A stretch of 64,000 nt of DNA from an uncultured Sphaerochaeta sp. (GTDB taxonomy: Bacteria; Spirochaetota; Spirochaetia; Sphaerochaetales; Sphaerochaetaceae). The stretch's first letter is position 1, and each line of letters begins with the position of its first letter. The stretch is from contig NZ_CAXXEN010000002.1 in NCBI RefSeq assembly GCF_963676285.2, positions 1,896,803 through 1,960,802 on the forward strand. The letters are read 5' to 3'. A program made the translations under genes and the position numbers. Of this stretch, positions 19,264 to 31,934 are shown piece after piece. The notes below the pieces were generated by a model, which saw nothing but the letters and a program-made list of their open reading frames with translations, was not told the DNA's origin and made no database searches.

Positions 19264-22200
19264 ATGAAGGAAATTCAAGATTTCGATAGCATCATGATAA
19301 AACTGGCTTCACCAGAACAGATCAGAGATTGGTCTTATGGTGAAGTGAAGAAGCCGGAGACGATCAACTACCGGACCTTGCGCCCAGAGCGCGATGGTCT
19401 GTTCTGTGAGAAAATCTTCGGTACCACCAAGGAGTGGGAGTGCTACTGCGGGAAGTTTAAATCGATTCGATACAAGGGTGTTATTTGTGACCGTTGTGGT
19501 GTTGAAGTAACCAACACCAAGGTCCGCCGTGAGCGTATGGGACACATCTCCCTGGCAGCTCCGGTATCACACATTTGGTACTACCGCTCGGTTCCCAGCC
19601 GAATGAGCATGTTGCTTGATATCTCCCGTAATGCACTGCAGAGTGTTCTCTACTATGAGAAGTATGTGGTTATCAATGCTGGGGATACCAGCTTGAAGCC
19701 CAAGCAGTTGCTCAGTGAAGAAGAGTTCTGGCAGGCCCGTGAGCAGTATGGTGACTCATTTGAGGCAGGTATGGGTGCAGAGGCAGTACGTAAATTGCTT
19801 GTGAACCTTGATCTTGAAGAGCTCAGCCGTGAACTGCGTGAACAGATGCGTCAGAAAGCCGACAAGGCTGACAAGCGCCTGCTCAAGCGAATTGAGGTAT
19901 GTGAGAACTTCCGTGACAGCGGCAACCGCCCTGAATGGATGATTCTTACGGTAATTCCCGTTATTCCACCAGATCTGAGACCGATGGTCCAGCTCGATGG
20001 CGGAAGATTTGCAACCAGTGACCTCAATGATCTTTACCGTAGGGTCATTAACAGAAACAATCGTCTTGACCGTTTGGTCAAGCTTAATGCTCCTGATATC
20101 ATCATCCGCAATGAAAAGCGTATGTTGCAGGAGGCTGTTGATGCGCTGTTTGACAACTCCAAGAGAAAGAGGGTGGTCAAGGGTGCAAGCAATAGGCCTC
20201 TCAAGAGCCTTTCAGACATGCTTAAGGGAAAACAGGGACGTTTCAGACAGAACCTGCTTGGAAAGCGTGTTGACTACTCAGGTCGTTCCGTTATCGTTGT
20301 CGGCCCAGAGCTTAGGATGCATCAGTGTGGCCTTCCTTCCAAGATGGCCCTTGAACTGTACAAGCCTTTCATCATGAAGAAGTTGGTACAGGATGGTGTT
20401 GTCTACAATATTAAGAAGGCAAAGAGCCTGGTCGAGGAAGAGACGGATGCCGTCTGGTCGATTCTTGACGATGTCGTCAAGGACCACCCTGTATTGCTCA
20501 ACCGTGCACCTACGCTTCACCGTCTTGGTATACAGGCCTTTGAGCCGGTATTGGTTGACGGCAAAGCCATCAAGTTGCACCCATTGGTATGTCATGCATA
20601 CAATGCTGACTTCGACGGTGACCAGATGGCTGTGCACGTACCATTGACTCATGCCGCCCAGTTGGAATGCTGGACCTTGATGCTCTCGGTTACCAACCTT
20701 CTTGACCCTGCAAATGGTAAACCAATCGTATATCCTTCACAGGATATGGTCATGGGTATCAACTATCTGACCCGTGAGATGAGTGGCGCACCTGGAGAGG
20801 GCAAGTACTATACCAGTATTGGTGAGTTGGAACAGGCAATTGATAGTGGTCTGCTCTCCTACAATGCAAAGATTCGCTTTAGATTCGAGGATGGTACCCG
20901 TTTGGAGACAACTCCAGGAAGGGTATTGTTCAATGCAGCACTCCCAGAAGGCGTTCCTTTCCAGAACACTACAATGGGTGATAAGGAGTTGAAGGCTCTT
21001 ATCGGTGATACACTGAAGGCGAATGACAACTCAATTGCTGTTGATATGCTTGATTCCATCAAGGACCTCGGATATCGATATGCAACTTTCTTTGGTGCTA
21101 CCATTGGTCTCTCTGACATGATCGTACCTGCTGGAAAGGCTGAGCTCATGACCAAGGCCAATCTTGAGCAGCAGAAGATTCTTGACCAGTATCGTCAGGG
21201 ACATATCACTCAGGAAGAACGGTACAACAGGGTCATTGAGGTTTGGACACAGACCAATGACTTGCTGACCGATGAGTTGATGAAGGAATTGAAGGTCAGC
21301 CAGAAGGGCTTCAACCCGCTCTTCCTCATGGCAGACTCAGGTGCTCGTGGATCGAAGACCCAGATCAGGCAGCTCGGTGGTATGCGTGGTTTGATGGCAA
21401 AGCCAAGTGGTGATGTTATCGAATTCCCCATTAAATCGAACTTCAAGGAAGGATTGTCGATCATCGAGTTCTTCATCTCCACCAATGGTGCTCGTAAGGG
21501 CCTTTCCGATACCGCATTGAAGACTGCTGAGGCAGGGTACCTCACCCGTCGTCTGGTTGATATCAGCCAAGACGTTGTGGTCAATGAGGATGACTGTCAC
21601 ACCATCAATGGTATCTGGCGTGGAGCACTCAAGGATGGTGATGAAATCGTTGAGAACCTTGCAGACCGCATTGTAGGGCGCTGTCCGGTAGAGGATATCT
21701 TGCATCCATTTACCCGTGAAGTTATCGCCACTGCAAATGAGGAAATTGACGAGATTACTGCCCGAAAGATTGAGGAAGCTGGTATTGAACAGGTCCTCCT
21801 GAAGACGGTGCTCACCTGTGAGGCTAAGCATGGCGTATGCCGTAAGTGCTATGGTCGTAACCTTGCCACAAACCGGCCGGTAGTAATCGGTGAGGCTGTA
21901 GGTATCATCGCTGCCCAGTCGATTGGTCAGCCGGGTACCCAGCTTACCATGCGTACGTTCCACGTTGGTGGTACTGCTTCTACCAGTTCCGAGGAGAGCA
22001 AGCTCACCTTCAACTATCCGATTGTCATCGGCGCCATTACTGGCTCAAGGGTTATCCGTGAGAGTGATAAGATGGAAGTGTTCACCCGTAAGGGACATAT
22101 CGAATATTTCCGAGTGAATACCATCATGGATGCATCCTCCTACGACAAGCTTCTTGTTGAAGATGGCCATATTGTAGCCAAGGGTACTCCGTTCTATGAA

Positions 22201-23544
22201 AAGGACGGGGAAGTGGTTGCAAGTGAAGAGAACGGAACTGTCAGAATATATGAGTCCAAGGTTTATTTGATCGGGCATTCCACCACACAGGTGGTGAAGG
22301 CTGGTTCAGAGCTCTTGGTGGGGAGTGGGGACTATTTGGAACCAAAAACTCCGCTCGTGACATTCGACCCGTTCAGTGAGCCGGTTATTGCCGAAGAGGG
22401 AGGATTCTCCCACTTTGTTGATATCAAGCTGGGAACCACGTTGGTTGAAGAGGTAAATGAGGAAACCGGTAACATCGAGAAGAAGATTACCGAGCATAGC
22501 CTCGAGTCCTTGCAGCCTCGTATTGAAATTACCAGTGAGGAACATGGAAAGGGAGATATTCTTGCAGTCTACTTGTTGCCTGGTGGATCCTATATCCAGA
22601 CCCAGGACAATGTGAAGATTGACAAGGGTATGATTCTCGCCAAGTTGCTTAAAGAAGGGACCAAAACGAAGGATATTACCGGTGGTCTTCCCCGTGTTGG
22701 TGAGTTGTTTGAGGCACGCCGGCCGAAGAACGCTGCAATCCTTGCTCAGGTTGCTGGCTTGATCAGCTTTGGCAATATTGTAAAGGGTAAGCGTACCATC
22801 TTGGTAACTGACCCGTTCGGTAATGAGTACAAGCATATGGTACCAATGGGAAGAAACCTGTTGGTCCGTGATGGTGATTCTGTCGAAGCTGCTGAGCCAT
22901 TGTGTGATGGATCTGTCGATCCCCATGACATCCTCGATATTCTTGGAGAGAATGCACTGCAGTCCTTCCTCGTGGATGAGGTCCAGGAAGTCTATCGAAT
23001 GCAGGGAGTACAGATCAACGACAAGCACTTGGGAGTTATTGTCAGGCAGATGCTGCGCAAGGTCGAGGTGGTCCATGTTGGTGATACCAATTTGATCCAC
23101 GGCCAGCAGGTGGATAAGTATCGGTTCTTCGAGGAGAATGACCGGGTGATTACCGAAGGTGGTGAGCCTGCTGTTGCACAGCCACTGCTACTTGGTATTA
23201 CTCGAGCGTCCTTGAGTATCGACTCATTCATCAGTGCGGCGTCCTTCCAGGAGACAACCAAGGTCTTGACAAATGCAGCAATAGCTGGTAGTAAAGATGA
23301 GTTGCGTGGTTTGAAAGAGAACGTCATTATCGGTCACCTGATTCCTGCGGGAACTGGTATGCGCCTTTATCGCGATGTTAAACTCAAGGATGAGGAGTTG
23401 CTGAGACTGCAGCAGAGAGTTGATGCAGTAAAGGCTTCACGACACCAAGAGATGATTTCAGACGATGAATTTGACGTTGAAGATTTGGCAGACATGAAAT
23501 CCGTGGGTGATACCGTGGATGTGGACGATTCCGACGAGGATTGA
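19264..23544 (+). CDS. rpoC: RNA polymerase beta' subunit
   Basis: NADFDGD active site, zinc ribbon Cys, [17 protein letters not shown]. Confidence 0.98.
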   Translation: MKEIQDFDSIMIKLASPEQIRDWSYGEVKKPETINYRTLRPERDGLFCEKIFGTTKEWECYCGKFKSIRYKGVICDRCGVEVTNTKVRRERMGHISLAAPVSHIWYYRSVPSRMSMLLDISRNALQSVLYYEKYVVINAGDTSLKPKQLLSEEEFWQAREQYGDSFEAGMGAEAVRKLLVNLDLEELSRELREQMRQKADKADKRLLKRIEVCENFRDSGNRPEWMILTVIPVIPPDLRPMVQLDGGRFATSDLNDLYRRVINRNNRLDRLVKLNAPDIIIRNEKRMLQEAVDALFDNSKRKRVVKGASNRPLKSLSDMLKGKQGRFRQNLLGKRVDYSGRSVIVVGPELRMHQCGLPSKMALELYKPFIMKKLVQDGVVYNIKKAKSLVEEETDAVWSILDDVVKDHPVLLNRAPTLHRLGIQAFEPVLVDGKAIKLHPLVCHAYNADFDGDQMAVHVPLTHAAQLECWTLMLSVTNLLDPANGKPIVYPSQDMVMGINYLTREMSGAPGEGKYYTSIGELEQAIDSGLLSYNAKIRFRFEDGTRLETTPGRVLFNAALPEGVPFQNTTMGDKELKALIGDTLKANDNSIAVDMLDSIKDLGYRYATFFGATIGLSDMIVPAGKAELMTKANLEQQKILDQYRQGHITQEERYNRVIEVWTQTNDLLTDELMKELKVSQKGFNPLFLMADSGARGSKTQIRQLGGMRGLMAKPSGDVIEFPIKSNFKEGLSIIEFFISTNGARKGLSDTALKTAEAGYLTRRLVDISQDVVVNEDDCHTINGIWRGALKDGDEIVENLADRIVGRCPVEDILHPFTREVIATANEEIDEITARKIEEAGIEQVLLKTVLTCEAKHGVCRKCYGRNLATNRPVVIGEAVGIIAAQSIGQPGTQLTMRTFHVGGTASTSSEESKLTFNYPIVIGAITGSRVIRESDKMEVFTRKGHIEYFRVNTIMDASSYDKLLVEDGHIVAKGTPFYEKDGEVVASEENGTVRIYESKVYLIGHSTTQVVKAGSELLVGSGDYLEPKTPLVTFDPFSEPVIAEEGGFSHFVDIKLGTTLVEEVNEETGNIEKKITEHSLESLQPRIEITSEEHGKGDILAVYLLPGGSYIQTQDNVKIDKGMILAKLLKEGTKTKDITGGLPRVGELFEARRPKNAAILAQVAGLISFGNIVKGKRTILVTDPFGNEYKHMVPMGRNLLVRDGDSVEAAEPLCDGSVDPHDILDILGENALQSFLVDEVQEVYRMQGVQINDKHLGVIVRQMLRKVEVVHVGDTNLIHGQQVDKYRFFEENDRVITEGGEPAVAQPLLLGITRASLSIDSFISAASFQETTKVLTNAAIAGSKDELRGLKENVIIGHLIPAGTGMRLYRDVKLKDEELLRLQQRVDAVKASRHQEMISDDEFDVEDLADMKSVGDTVDVDDSDED

Positions 23545-23716
23545 CCTATGCGCCTGTTGGCGCATATGCAGCCTTGCCGGACCGTGTAAAACCACACCGC
23601 TGTGTCCATGCTGGGTACGGATTTTACATATGACGTGTTGCCCGTAGGGGTGGCGCAGATCCCTGTGTTTGTGAGAAGCAGTGGGTCAAAGAAAGAAAAG
23701 GGAGTGTGTCGATAAG

Positions 23717-24091
23717 ATGCCTACTATTAATCAGCTGATCAGAAAGGGTAGAAAGACCATTGTCCAGAAGACAAAGTCCCCAGCCCTCGAAGGTTGTCCC
23801 CAGAAGCGTGGTGTATGCACCAGGGTCATGACCGTAACCCCGAAGAAGCCGAACTCTGCTTTGAGAAAGGTCGCACGTGTGCGACTTTCCAATGGTATTG
23901 AAGTTACCGCCTATATCCCCGGTATCGGACATAACCTGCAGGAGCACTCGGTAGTACTCCTTCGTGGTGGAAGGGTCAAGGACCTTCCCGGTGTTCGCTA
24001 TCACATTGTTCGTGGTGCCAAGGATACCCTTGGTGTCGCAGATCGTAAGAGAAGCCGCTCCAAATACGGCGCCAAGAAGCCTAAGGCTTGA
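23717..24091 (+). CDS. rpsL: 30S ribosomal protein S12
   Basis: [31 protein letters not shown]; start ATG 23717. Confidence 0.97.
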   Translation: MPTINQLIRKGRKTIVQKTKSPALEGCPQKRGVCTRVMTVTPKKPNSALRKVARVRLSNGIEVTAYIPGIGHNLQEHSVVLLRGGRVKDLPGVRYHIVRGAKDTLGVADRKRSRSKYGAKKPKA

Positions 24092-24094
24092 TAA

Positions 24095-24580
<486 letters not shown>

Positions 24581-24598
24581 TAAAAAAACCAAAAAAGC

Positions 24599-24632
24599 CC
24601 GGCTTTTCCACTGTGAAGAGCCGGTTTTTCTT
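24599..24632 (+). terminator. Rho-independent terminator after rpsG
   Basis: CCGGCTTTTC-CACTGT-GAAGAGCCGG followed by TTTTTCTTT. Confidence 0.8.
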
Positions 24633-24659
24633 TATCTTTATAGAATTATTCCTAATCGC

Positions 24660-24688
24660 TTGACATAAAAACTGCTTTCCCGTATATT
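24660..24688 (+). promoter_or_regulatory. Sigma70 promoter driving tuf
   Basis: TTGACA, 17 bp, TATATT. Confidence 0.8.
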
Positions 24689-24970
24689 GCTAAAGGTGTC
24701 CGCATAGGTACGTCTATGTGGCAGTATGTAGAGCCAAACCGATTATTGCTGGAGCAATGATAAGGTGGTTTCAGGCAGTACCAAGTTTTTTATAAACTTA
24801 TACTATGTCGTCAGGATGGGTCCTCCAGGCCTGCCGACCTCTGGAATCCTCTTATGTTTTGTTTCCCTGTAATTAGTTTGTCTCAATCGAAATGGTAAAG
24901 GCTTTGGGCCTTTATGAGCACATATTAATTATTTTTTGTGACTAACATTGGATGTCACAAGGAGGAAATG

Positions 24971-26161
24971 ATGGCAAAAGAGAAATTTCAGAGGACGAAG
25001 CCACACGTAAACGTAGGCACCATCGGTCACGTTGACCATGGTAAGACTACCCTTACCGCAGCAATTACCATGCACTGTGCAAAGCTGTTTGGCGATAAGG
25101 CACTTGCTTACGATTCAATCGACAACGCCCCTGAGGAAAAAGAGCGTGGTATTACCATTAACACCAGACACGTTGAGTATCAGTCTACTAATAGGCACTA
25201 CGCACACGTTGACTGCCCGGGACACGCTGACTACATCAAGAACATGATCACCGGTGCTGCACAGATGGACGGCGCCATCATCGTCGTTGCAGCAACTGAC
25301 GGTGCTATGGCACAGACCAAAGAGCACATCCTGCTCGCACGCCAGGTTGGTGTACCTTGCTTGATCGTTTTCATCAACAAGACTGACCAGGTTGACGATC
25401 CTGAATTGATCGACCTCGTTGAAGAAGAAATGCGCGACCTGCTCAATGAGTATGGCTTCGACGGTGCTAATACTCCTGTCGTTCGCGGTTCTGCTTTCAA
25501 TGCAATGAGCAATCCTGATGATCCTGAACAGACCAAGTGCCTTGACGAGCTACTTGATGCAATGGATAACTTCATTCCGCTTCCGGAGCGTGCTGTTGAC
25601 CAGCCCTTCTTGATGCCGATTGAGGATATCTTCTCCATCTCCGGCCGTGGTACTGTTGTTACCGGTCGTATCGAACGCGGTATCATCAAGGTCAACGAAC
25701 CTGCTTCAATTGTTGGTATCCGTGAAACCCGTGACACTGTTGTTACTGGTGTTGAGATGTTCAACAAGTTGCTCGACGAAGGTCAGGCTGGTGATAACAT
25801 CGGCGCACTGCTTCGTGGTGTTGACAAGAAGGACGTTGTTCGCGGCCAGGTTTTGGCAAAGCCTAAGTCCATCAATCCCCACGCCAAGTTCTCCGGTACT
25901 GTATACGTACTGAGCAAGGACGAGGGTGGTCGTCACTCCCCATTCTTCAGCGGCTATCGCCCGCAGTTCTATTTCCGCACCACTGACATCACTGGTACGG
26001 TAAACCTGCCTGAAGACAAGCAGATGGTACTGCCTGGGGATCACACCGACATCAATGTCGAACTCATTCACCCTGTTGCCATGGACAAGGGACTCCGCTT
26101 CGCTATCCGCGAAGGTGGTAGAACCGTTGCTTCCGGTCAGGTTACCGAGATCGTTGAATAA
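24971..26161 (+). CDS. tuf: Elongation factor Tu
   Basis: [38 protein letters not shown]; SD AGGAGG, ATG 24971. Confidence 0.98.
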   Translation: MAKEKFQRTKPHVNVGTIGHVDHGKTTLTAAITMHCAKLFGDKALAYDSIDNAPEEKERGITINTRHVEYQSTNRHYAHVDCPGHADYIKNMITGAAQMDGAIIVVAATDGAMAQTKEHILLARQVGVPCLIVFINKTDQVDDPELIDLVEEEMRDLLNEYGFDGANTPVVRGSAFNAMSNPDDPEQTKCLDELLDAMDNFIPLPERAVDQPFLMPIEDIFSISGRGTVVTGRIERGIIKVNEPASIVGIRETRDTVVTGVEMFNKLLDEGQAGDNIGALLRGVDKKDVVRGQVLAKPKSINPHAKFSGTVYVLSKDEGGRHSPFFSGYRPQFYFRTTDITGTVNLPEDKQMVLPGDHTDINVELIHPVAMDKGLRFAIREGGRTVASGQVTEIVE

Positions 26162-26177
26162 CGTTACCAACGAATGT

Positions 26178-26216
26178 CTTGCCATCATCAGATGATGGTG
26201 GCAAGGCCCGTTTTTT
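26178..26216 (+). terminator. Terminator/attenuator hairpin between tuf and rpsJ
   Basis: 12-bp stem CTTGCCATCATC-AGAT-GATGGTGGCAAG, then GCCCGTTTTTT. Confidence 0.65.
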
Positions 26217-26225
26217 GGAGGAATA

Positions 26226-26534
26226 ATGGCTAAAGAGAGAATTCGAGTTAGGCTGAGAGGTTTTGATATTGAGCTGGTTGAACAGAGCTCAAAAGCTATC
26301 GTAGATACCGTTGTCAGGGCTGGTGCTACAGTGTCAGGTCCTGTACCTCTCCCAACCCGTATCAACAAGTACACTGTCCTGAGATCGCCCTTTGTCAACA
26401 AAAAGTCTCGTGAACAATTTGAGATGAGAACCCACAAAAGGTTGATTGACATTTTGGATCCTACATCAAAAGTCATGGATGCCCTCATGAAGCTTGAGCT
26501 CCCTGCCGGTGTGGATGTAGAGATTAAACAGTAA
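26226..26534 (+). CDS. rpsJ: 30S ribosomal protein S10
   Basis: [27 protein letters not shown]. Confidence 0.97.
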   Translation: MAKERIRVRLRGFDIELVEQSSKAIVDTVVRAGATVSGPVPLPTRINKYTVLRSPFVNKKSREQFEMRTHKRLIDILDPTSKVMDALMKLELPAGVDVEIKQ

Positions 26535-26551
26535 GAGAGTTGAGGTAAGAG

Positions 26552-27172
26552 ATGTTAGGGCTTATCGGCAAAAAAGTTGGAATGACACAGGTGTTTGATG
26601 CGCAAGGCAGGCTCACACCCGTGACTGTAATAAAAATAGAGGGCAACGTTGTTGTCTCGGACCGCAATGAGGAGAAGAATGGATATTCTGCTGCTGTATT
26701 GGGTTCGATTGACAAGAAGAAAAGCACTATCACCAAACCATATGCTGGACAGTTCAAGGAAGTATGTGAACCAAAGCAGCATGTAATGGAATTCCGTGAC
26801 TATGACCGTGAGGTCGCAGTCGGCGAGGTGTTGGGCGTGGATATATTTAAGGACATCTCCTTTGTGGATGTCACCGGGACTTCTAAAGGTAAGGGTTTTG
26901 CCGGCGGTATGAAACGACATGGCTTTAAGGGCGGTCGTGCTACCCACGGTTCCAAATTCCATCGCGACATCGGCGGTACGTCAATGTCTTCCACCCCTTC
27001 CCGCACATTCAAAGGTACTCGGATGGCTGGCCACATGGGTAATGAGAGGACGACGGTCCAGAACCTGAAGGTAGTCCGTGTCGATGAAGAGATGCAGGTC
27101 CTTATGGTTAAGGGTGCTATCCCTGGCCCCGCCCAGAGTGTCGTCATCGTCAAGAAAGCGATCAAGAAGTAG
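26552..27172 (+). CDS. rplC: 50S ribosomal protein L3
   Basis: [33 protein letters not shown]. Confidence 0.97.
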   Translation: MLGLIGKKVGMTQVFDAQGRLTPVTVIKIEGNVVVSDRNEEKNGYSAAVLGSIDKKKSTITKPYAGQFKEVCEPKQHVMEFRDYDREVAVGEVLGVDIFKDISFVDVTGTSKGKGFAGGMKRHGFKGGRATHGSKFHRDIGGTSMSSTPSRTFKGTRMAGHMGNERTTVQNLKVVRVDEEMQVLMVKGAIPGPAQSVVIVKKAIKK

Positions 27173-27183
27173 GGGCGAGATAT

Positions 27184-27813
27184 ATGGAAACGAAAGTCTT
27201 TTCAATCGACGGCAAAGAGGTCCGAACCCTCGTGTTGAATGATGAAGTATTCAACAGAGAGGTGAGTGATGGTACCATTTATTATGCCGTAAACAGCGAG
27301 CTTGCAAACCACCGTGTTGGTACTGCAAGTACTAAGACCCGCGCAGAGGTCAGATACAGCAATAATAAGCCATACAAACAGAAGGGTACTGGTAACGCAC
27401 GTGCCGGTGACAAGAAAAGCCCTGTCAGAGTTGGTGGTGGAACGATTTTTGGACCCAAGCCGCGCGATTATAGTATTACCCTCCCCAAGAAGATGAAGAG
27501 GCTTGCAATGAAGAGCCTGTTGTCTATGGGAGTCAAGGAGGATCGTCTCGTTGTTGTAGAGGATTTCTCCATCGAAAGTGGCAAAACCAGGGATCTGGAT
27601 AAGATTCTTAAGAACTTCGTCGAGGATGAGAGCAGAACCATTCTGATCCTGAAAGATGACGATGCGATGGTGCGCCGTGCTGCAAGGAACATTCCGTACC
27701 TGCGTGTTCTTTCTTACAACAGACTTTCTGCTAAGGAGTTGTTGTACGGGAGAAAGCTCCTGGTTCTGGAAGGGGCTGCTAAGAATTTGAATGAATTCTA
27801 CGGCGACAAATAA
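27184..27813 (+). CDS. rplD: 50S ribosomal protein L4
   Basis: [27 protein letters not shown]. Confidence 0.97.
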   Translation: METKVFSIDGKEVRTLVLNDEVFNREVSDGTIYYAVNSELANHRVGTASTKTRAEVRYSNNKPYKQKGTGNARAGDKKSPVRVGGGTIFGPKPRDYSITLPKKMKRLAMKSLLSMGVKEDRLVVVEDFSIESGKTRDLDKILKNFVEDESRTILILKDDDAMVRRAARNIPYLRVLSYNRLSAKELLYGRKLLVLEGAAKNLNEFYGDK

Positions 27814-27824
27814 GGGGACCGGAA

Positions 27825-28127
27825 ATGAGAGCAGACCAAGTTATTATTGAACCCGTCCTGAGTGAGAAGACCAATCTTGCTCGCGAGGGCGAAACAAAGA
27901 AGTATTCGTTCAAGGTCCGTATGGACAGCAACAAGTATCAGATCATGGCAGCTGTTAAAGAGCTCTTTGGTGTTGAGGTTGCAGCTTGTAACGTGATGAT
28001 TGTGAAGGGCAAGCCAAAGTATTCCCGCGGTAAGGGTGGTTCCATCCTTGGTAACACCGGTAACTGGAAGAAGGCTGTCGTAACCCTGGCCAAGGGTGAT
28101 ACCATCCAGGCCATCGAAGGCGTATAA
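27825..28127 (+). CDS. rplW: 50S ribosomal protein L23
   Basis: [30 protein letters not shown]. Confidence 0.95.
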   Translation: MRADQVIIEPVLSEKTNLAREGETKKYSFKVRMDSNKYQIMAAVKELFGVEVAACNVMIVKGKPKYSRGKGGSILGNTGNWKKAVVTLAKGDTIQAIEGV

Positions 28128-28141
28128 GGAGAAGTTGGATT

Positions 28142-28966
28142 ATGGCACTTAAATCATACAAGCCCAATACTCCCGGCCTTCGCCAGAAGACCACTTTGGT
28201 CTTCAGCGAGCTGACTGCCAGCAAGCCTGAGAAGTCGTTGACCAGTGGTCTTAACAAAAAGGCAGGTCGGGATACCTTCGGGCGCATCAGTGTTCGCCGT
28301 AGAGGCGGTGGCCATAAGCGTGCATATCGTACTATCGATTTCAAACGCGACAAATACGGGATTCCCGGTGTTGTGAAGACAATCGAATACGATCCGAACC
28401 GCAGTGCAAACATTGCATTGGTATTTTATGCCGATGGTGAGAAGCGCTACATGATTGCTCCAAGGGGTATCAAGGTTGGAACCACTGTTATCAGTGGACC
28501 AGAAGCCCCAATTCAGGTAGGAAATGCTCTTCCTTTGAAGAAAGTTCCTCTTGGCCTTGTGGTACATAATGTAGAGTTGACCCTCGGTCGTGGTGGACAG
28601 CTTGTCCGCAGCGCTGGTTTGGGAGCTACCCTGGTTGCTAAGGAAGGAGACTATGTCACCCTCCGCTTGCCTTCAGGCGAAATGCGCATGGTGTTTGGTG
28701 AGTGCTATGCTACCCTCGGGCAGCTTGGCAACGAAGATCATATGAACGTCACGCTCGGAAAGGCTGGTGCAAGTCGCCACCTTGGAAGACGGCCGAAGGT
28801 ACGTGGTGTAGCAATGAACCCGATCGATCACCCACATGGTGGTGGTGAAGGTAAGACTGCTGCAGGACGTAACCCTGTGTCCCCATGGGGTAAGCCGGCA
28901 AAGGGTGGAAAGACCCGTTCCAAGAAGAAACCTTCCGGTGCATTCATCGTTAAGAAGCGGAAGTAG
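28142..28966 (+). CDS. rplB: 50S ribosomal protein L2
   Basis: [30 protein letters not shown]. Confidence 0.98.
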   Translation: MALKSYKPNTPGLRQKTTLVFSELTASKPEKSLTSGLNKKAGRDTFGRISVRRRGGGHKRAYRTIDFKRDKYGIPGVVKTIEYDPNRSANIALVFYADGEKRYMIAPRGIKVGTTVISGPEAPIQVGNALPLKKVPLGLVVHNVELTLGRGGQLVRSAGLGATLVAKEGDYVTLRLPSGEMRMVFGECYATLGQLGNEDHMNVTLGKAGASRHLGRRPKVRGVAMNPIDHPHGGGEGKTAAGRNPVSPWGKPAKGGKTRSKKKPSGAFIVKKRK

Positions 28967-28975
28967 GAGTAGAAA

Positions 28976-29248
28976 GTGGCTAGATCAATCAAAAAAGGTC
29001 CTTTTATTGAAAAGAAACTGTATAAGAGGATTCAGGAGTCTCTTAAGACTAATCAGAAGCAGATGATCAAGACTTATTCCCGCTGTTCTACGATCATCCC
29101 TGAAATGGTGGGATTCACGATTTCTGTGTATAACGGAAAAACCTGGATTCCAGTATATGTGACGGAGAACTTGGTTGGACATAAACTCGGTGAGTTTTCT
29201 CCCACCAGAATTTTCCGCGGTCATGCTTCCGACAAGAAGGTTGGGTAA
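28976..29248 (+). CDS. rpsS: 30S ribosomal protein S19
   Basis: [19 protein letters not shown]; GTG start. Confidence 0.97.
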   Translation: MARSIKKGPFIEKKLYKRIQESLKTNQKQMIKTYSRCSTIIPEMVGFTISVYNGKTWIPVYVTENLVGHKLGEFSPTRIFRGHASDKKVG

Positions 29249-29253
29249 GCGGT

Positions 29254-29628
29254 ATGGGTAGTAAGATGGAAGATAAACAAGGTTATTCAGCAACTGCCAA
29301 ATTTCTGATGGTATCTCCTTCCAAGGTTCGCCCGGTCGCCAATCTTGTTCGGAATAAGTCGTATGTGGAAGCAGTAGCAATTCTTGAGGCTATGCCTCAG
29401 AAGGGATCAAATCTGATCCTGAAAGTTTTGCAATCCGCTTGTGCAAATGCGCTTGATCAGAACAAGAAGATCGACGAAGAGAATCTTGTGATCAAGGAGT
29501 TGCAGGTTAACGAGGGTCCAAGGCTCAAGAGAGTCTGGCCGAGATCCCATGGAAGACGGGATATTCTGCTTAAGAGGATGTCACACATTACCGTCGTCGT
29601 TGACGAAAAAGCAAGCGTGAGGAAGTAA
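29254..29628 (+). CDS. rplV: 50S ribosomal protein L22
   Basis: SPSKVRPVANLVR, VNEGPRLKR, SHITVVV; start 29254 or 29266. Confidence 0.95.
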   Translation: MGSKMEDKQGYSATAKFLMVSPSKVRPVANLVRNKSYVEAVAILEAMPQKGSNLILKVLQSACANALDQNKKIDEENLVIKELQVNEGPRLKRVWPRSHGRRDILLKRMSHITVVVDEKASVRK

Positions 29629-30336
29629 ATGGGCCAGAAAGTTAATCCTATTGGGCTCCGTCTTGGAGTCAACAAGACCTGGAAGTCCAAATGGTATGTG
29701 GACCCCAGGGAGTATGCGGACACTCTGCATGAAGATTTGAAGCTGAGAAAAGCTTTGGTTGAATGCCCTGAAGTCCAGGGCGCTGAGATTTCGGATGTTG
29801 AAATCATCCGTAAGCCCCAGCGCATTACGATTGTGATCACCACCAGCCGTCCTGGTATCATCATTGGTAGCAAGGGTGCAAATGTCGAGAAGCTTGGAGC
29901 ACGTCTCCAGAAACTCTCTGACAAGAAGGTGCAGATCAAGATCAAGGAAATCAAGAAGCCAGAGGCTGATGCCCAGCTGATTGCCTTAAACGTTGCTAGA
30001 CAGCTCGTGAGTCGTGGTTCATTCCGCCGCTCAATGAAGATGGCTGTTTCCAAAGCAATGCAGAATGGCGCTCAGGGTGTTAAGATCCGGCTCTCCGGTC
30101 GTATCGGTGGTGCAGAAATTGCACGCTCGGAGTGGATGAAGGAAGGAAGAATTCCCCTTCACACGCTGCGCAGTGACATCGACTATGGATTCACCACAGC
30201 TAATACCTCCTTTGGTGTCATTGGCGTCAAGGTGTGGGTGTACAACGGTGAGATCTACGATCGTGCAGTCAAGAACGACGCCGGTGGTTTGGTGAGAAAG
30301 CCGACCAAGAGCGAAGGTGCTGAGGCAAGGAGTTAG
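29629..30336 (+). CDS. rpsC: 30S ribosomal protein S3
   Basis: MGQKVNPIGLRLG, RPGIIIG KH domain, GRIPLHTLRSDIDY. Confidence 0.97.
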   Translation: MGQKVNPIGLRLGVNKTWKSKWYVDPREYADTLHEDLKLRKALVECPEVQGAEISDVEIIRKPQRITIVITTSRPGIIIGSKGANVEKLGARLQKLSDKKVQIKIKEIKKPEADAQLIALNVARQLVSRGSFRRSMKMAVSKAMQNGAQGVKIRLSGRIGGAEIARSEWMKEGRIPLHTLRSDIDYGFTTANTSFGVIGVKVWVYNGEIYDRAVKNDAGGLVRKPTKSEGAEARS

Positions 30337-30342
30337 TAGGCC

Positions 30343-30759
30343 ATGCTTAGTCCAAAGAGAATTAAACACAGAAAGAAACAGCGTGGCACCACTGATGGTG
30401 TTGCACATCGCGGGACTACCATTGCTTTCGGTGAATTCGGTTTGCTCGCACTTGAGCCGAAGTGGATCACCAATCGCCAGATTGAGGCAGCCCGTATCGC
30501 CATGACCCGTCACATTAAGCGTGGTGGTAAGGTATGGATCAGGATTTTCCCTGACATGCCCTATACCAAGAAGCCCGCTGAAACCAGACAGGGAAACGGT
30601 AAGGGTAACCCCGAAGGTTGGGTCGCTGTCGTGAAGACCGGCGCTGTGATGTTTGAAATGGGTGGCGTTCCTGAAGAGCTCGCTCGTGAGGCTTTGGAGC
30701 TTGCTGCTTCCAAGCTTCCGATCAAGACGAAGTTTGTCGCCAGAAGGGAAGTGGAGTAA
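30343..30759 (+). CDS. rplP: 50S ribosomal protein L16
   Basis: [30 protein letters not shown]. Confidence 0.97.
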   Translation: MLSPKRIKHRKKQRGTTDGVAHRGTTIAFGEFGLLALEPKWITNRQIEAARIAMTRHIKRGGKVWIRIFPDMPYTKKPAETRQGNGKGNPEGWVAVVKTGAVMFEMGGVPEELAREALELAASKLPIKTKFVARREVE

Positions 30760-30763
30760 GAGT

Positions 30764-30970
30764 ATGAAGAATTCATATAAAGATTTGACCCTTGACGAGC
30801 TGGTAGCCAAGAAGGAGCAACTTCACAAGGAGTACTTTGACCTTCGTATGGGAAGAGTGCTCGGACATGTGGAGAATCCACTTGCTGTTCGTACCGTCAG
30901 GAGGAACATCGCTCGTGTGAATACCCGAATTCGTGAGTATGAACTTGGAATTCGGAACGTGGCAAAGTAA
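30764..30970 (+). CDS. rpmC: 50S ribosomal protein L29
   Basis: LKKEL-type [21 protein letters not shown]; start ATG 30764. Confidence 0.93.
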   Translation: MKNSYKDLTLDELVAKKEQLHKEYFDLRMGRVLGHVENPLAVRTVRRNIARVNTRIREYELGIRNVAK

Positions 30971-30985
30971 GGGAGAGCGATTCAG

Positions 30986-31237
30986 ATGGAAGCTAATAAA
31001 AAAAGTTTTACCGGCCGGGTGGTCAGTGACAAGATGGATAAGACGATTGTCGTTGCTGTTTCCTCAAGAAGACTGCATCCCCTGTATAAAAAGTATGTGA
31101 CTACCACCAAAAAGGTGAAGGCACATGATGAGAGGAACGAGGCAAATATCGGCGACACCGTACGTGTTTTGGAATGCCGCCACATCAGCAAGGATAAGTG
31201 CTGGCGTCTCGTGCAGATCGTCGAGCGCGCTCGCTAA
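30986..31237 (+). CDS. rpsQ: 30S ribosomal protein S17
   Basis: [26 protein letters not shown]. Confidence 0.97.
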   Translation: MEANKKSFTGRVVSDKMDKTIVVAVSSRRLHPLYKKYVTTTKKVKAHDERNEANIGDTVRVLECRHISKDKCWRLVQIVERAR

Positions 31238-31252
31238 TAGGAGAGAGACGAT

Positions 31253-31618
31253 ATGGTACAGATGCAGACCTATTTGAATGTAGCGGATAACAGTGGTGCA
31301 AAGCGTGTGCAGTGCATCAAGGTTCTTGGCGGAAGCCATCGCTATGTTGCCGGTGTTGGTGACATTATTGTCGTGGCCGTAAAGACCGCATTGCCTAACG
31401 GCGCCATCAAAAAAGGTGACGTCATGAAGGCAGTCATTGTCCGAACGAAGAAGGAATACCGCAGACCTGACGGTACCTATATCAGGTTCGATGACAACGC
31501 ATGCGTTATCATCGATGCCAACAATAACCCGCGCGGTAAGCGTATCTTCGGACCCGTAGCTAGAGAGCTGCGTGATGGGTACATGAAGATTGTTTCTCTC
31601 GCGCCGGAAGTGTTGTAG
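31253..31618 (+). CDS. rplN: 50S ribosomal protein L14
   Basis: [33 protein letters not shown]. Confidence 0.97.
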   Translation: MVQMQTYLNVADNSGAKRVQCIKVLGGSHRYVAGVGDIIVVAVKTALPNGAIKKGDVMKAVIVRTKKEYRRPDGTYIRFDDNACVIIDANNNPRGKRIFGPVARELRDGYMKIVSLAPEVL

Positions 31619-31628
31619 GAGTATACAC

Positions 31629-31934
31629 ATGAAGCTTAAGAAGAACGACACCGTAATGATCATTGCTGGTAAGGACAAAGGAAAGTCAGGCAAGATTGTG
31701 AAGGTAGACCGTGAGAAAGAGAGAGTCGTTGTCCAGGGCGCTAACATGGTGAAAAAGTCCATGCGCAAGAAAAACCAACAGGACAAGGGCGGCATCGTGG
31801 AAATTGAGGCACCAATCCATGTTTCAAATGTAGCTTACGTCACCGGGAAAGGTGAAACTACAAGGATTGGGTACAAGTTTGATGAAAGCGGCAAGAAAGT
31901 CCGTTATGCCAAGAAAACCGGGGAAGTAATCTAA
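31629..31934 (+). CDS. rplX: 50S ribosomal protein L24
   Basis: [25 protein letters not shown]; start ATG 31629. Confidence 0.96.
   Translation: MKLKKNDTVMIIAGKDKGKSGKIVKVDREKERVVVQGANMVKKSMRKKNQQDKGGIVEIEAPIHVSNVAYVTGKGETTRIGYKFDESGKKVRYAKKTGEVI

Noticed and set aside
18319-19278. 319-aa antisense ORF in rpoB (likewise 23624-24592, 25706-26488, 36963-38180, 50030-50905 and others)
   Set aside because: Antisense to highly expressed conserved genes; codon bias suppresses opposite-strand stops; no recognisable domains or SD
23717-24091. Streptomycin-resistance allele of rpsL
   Set aside because: Both critical lysines (TPKKPNS and RVKDLP) are wild type
24695-24970. tRNA, SRP RNA, tmRNA or known riboswitch in the tuf leader
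   Set aside because: No T-loop GTTCRA, no SRP GGAAGCAG motif, no tag ORF, and no aptamer consensus I can recognise by eye
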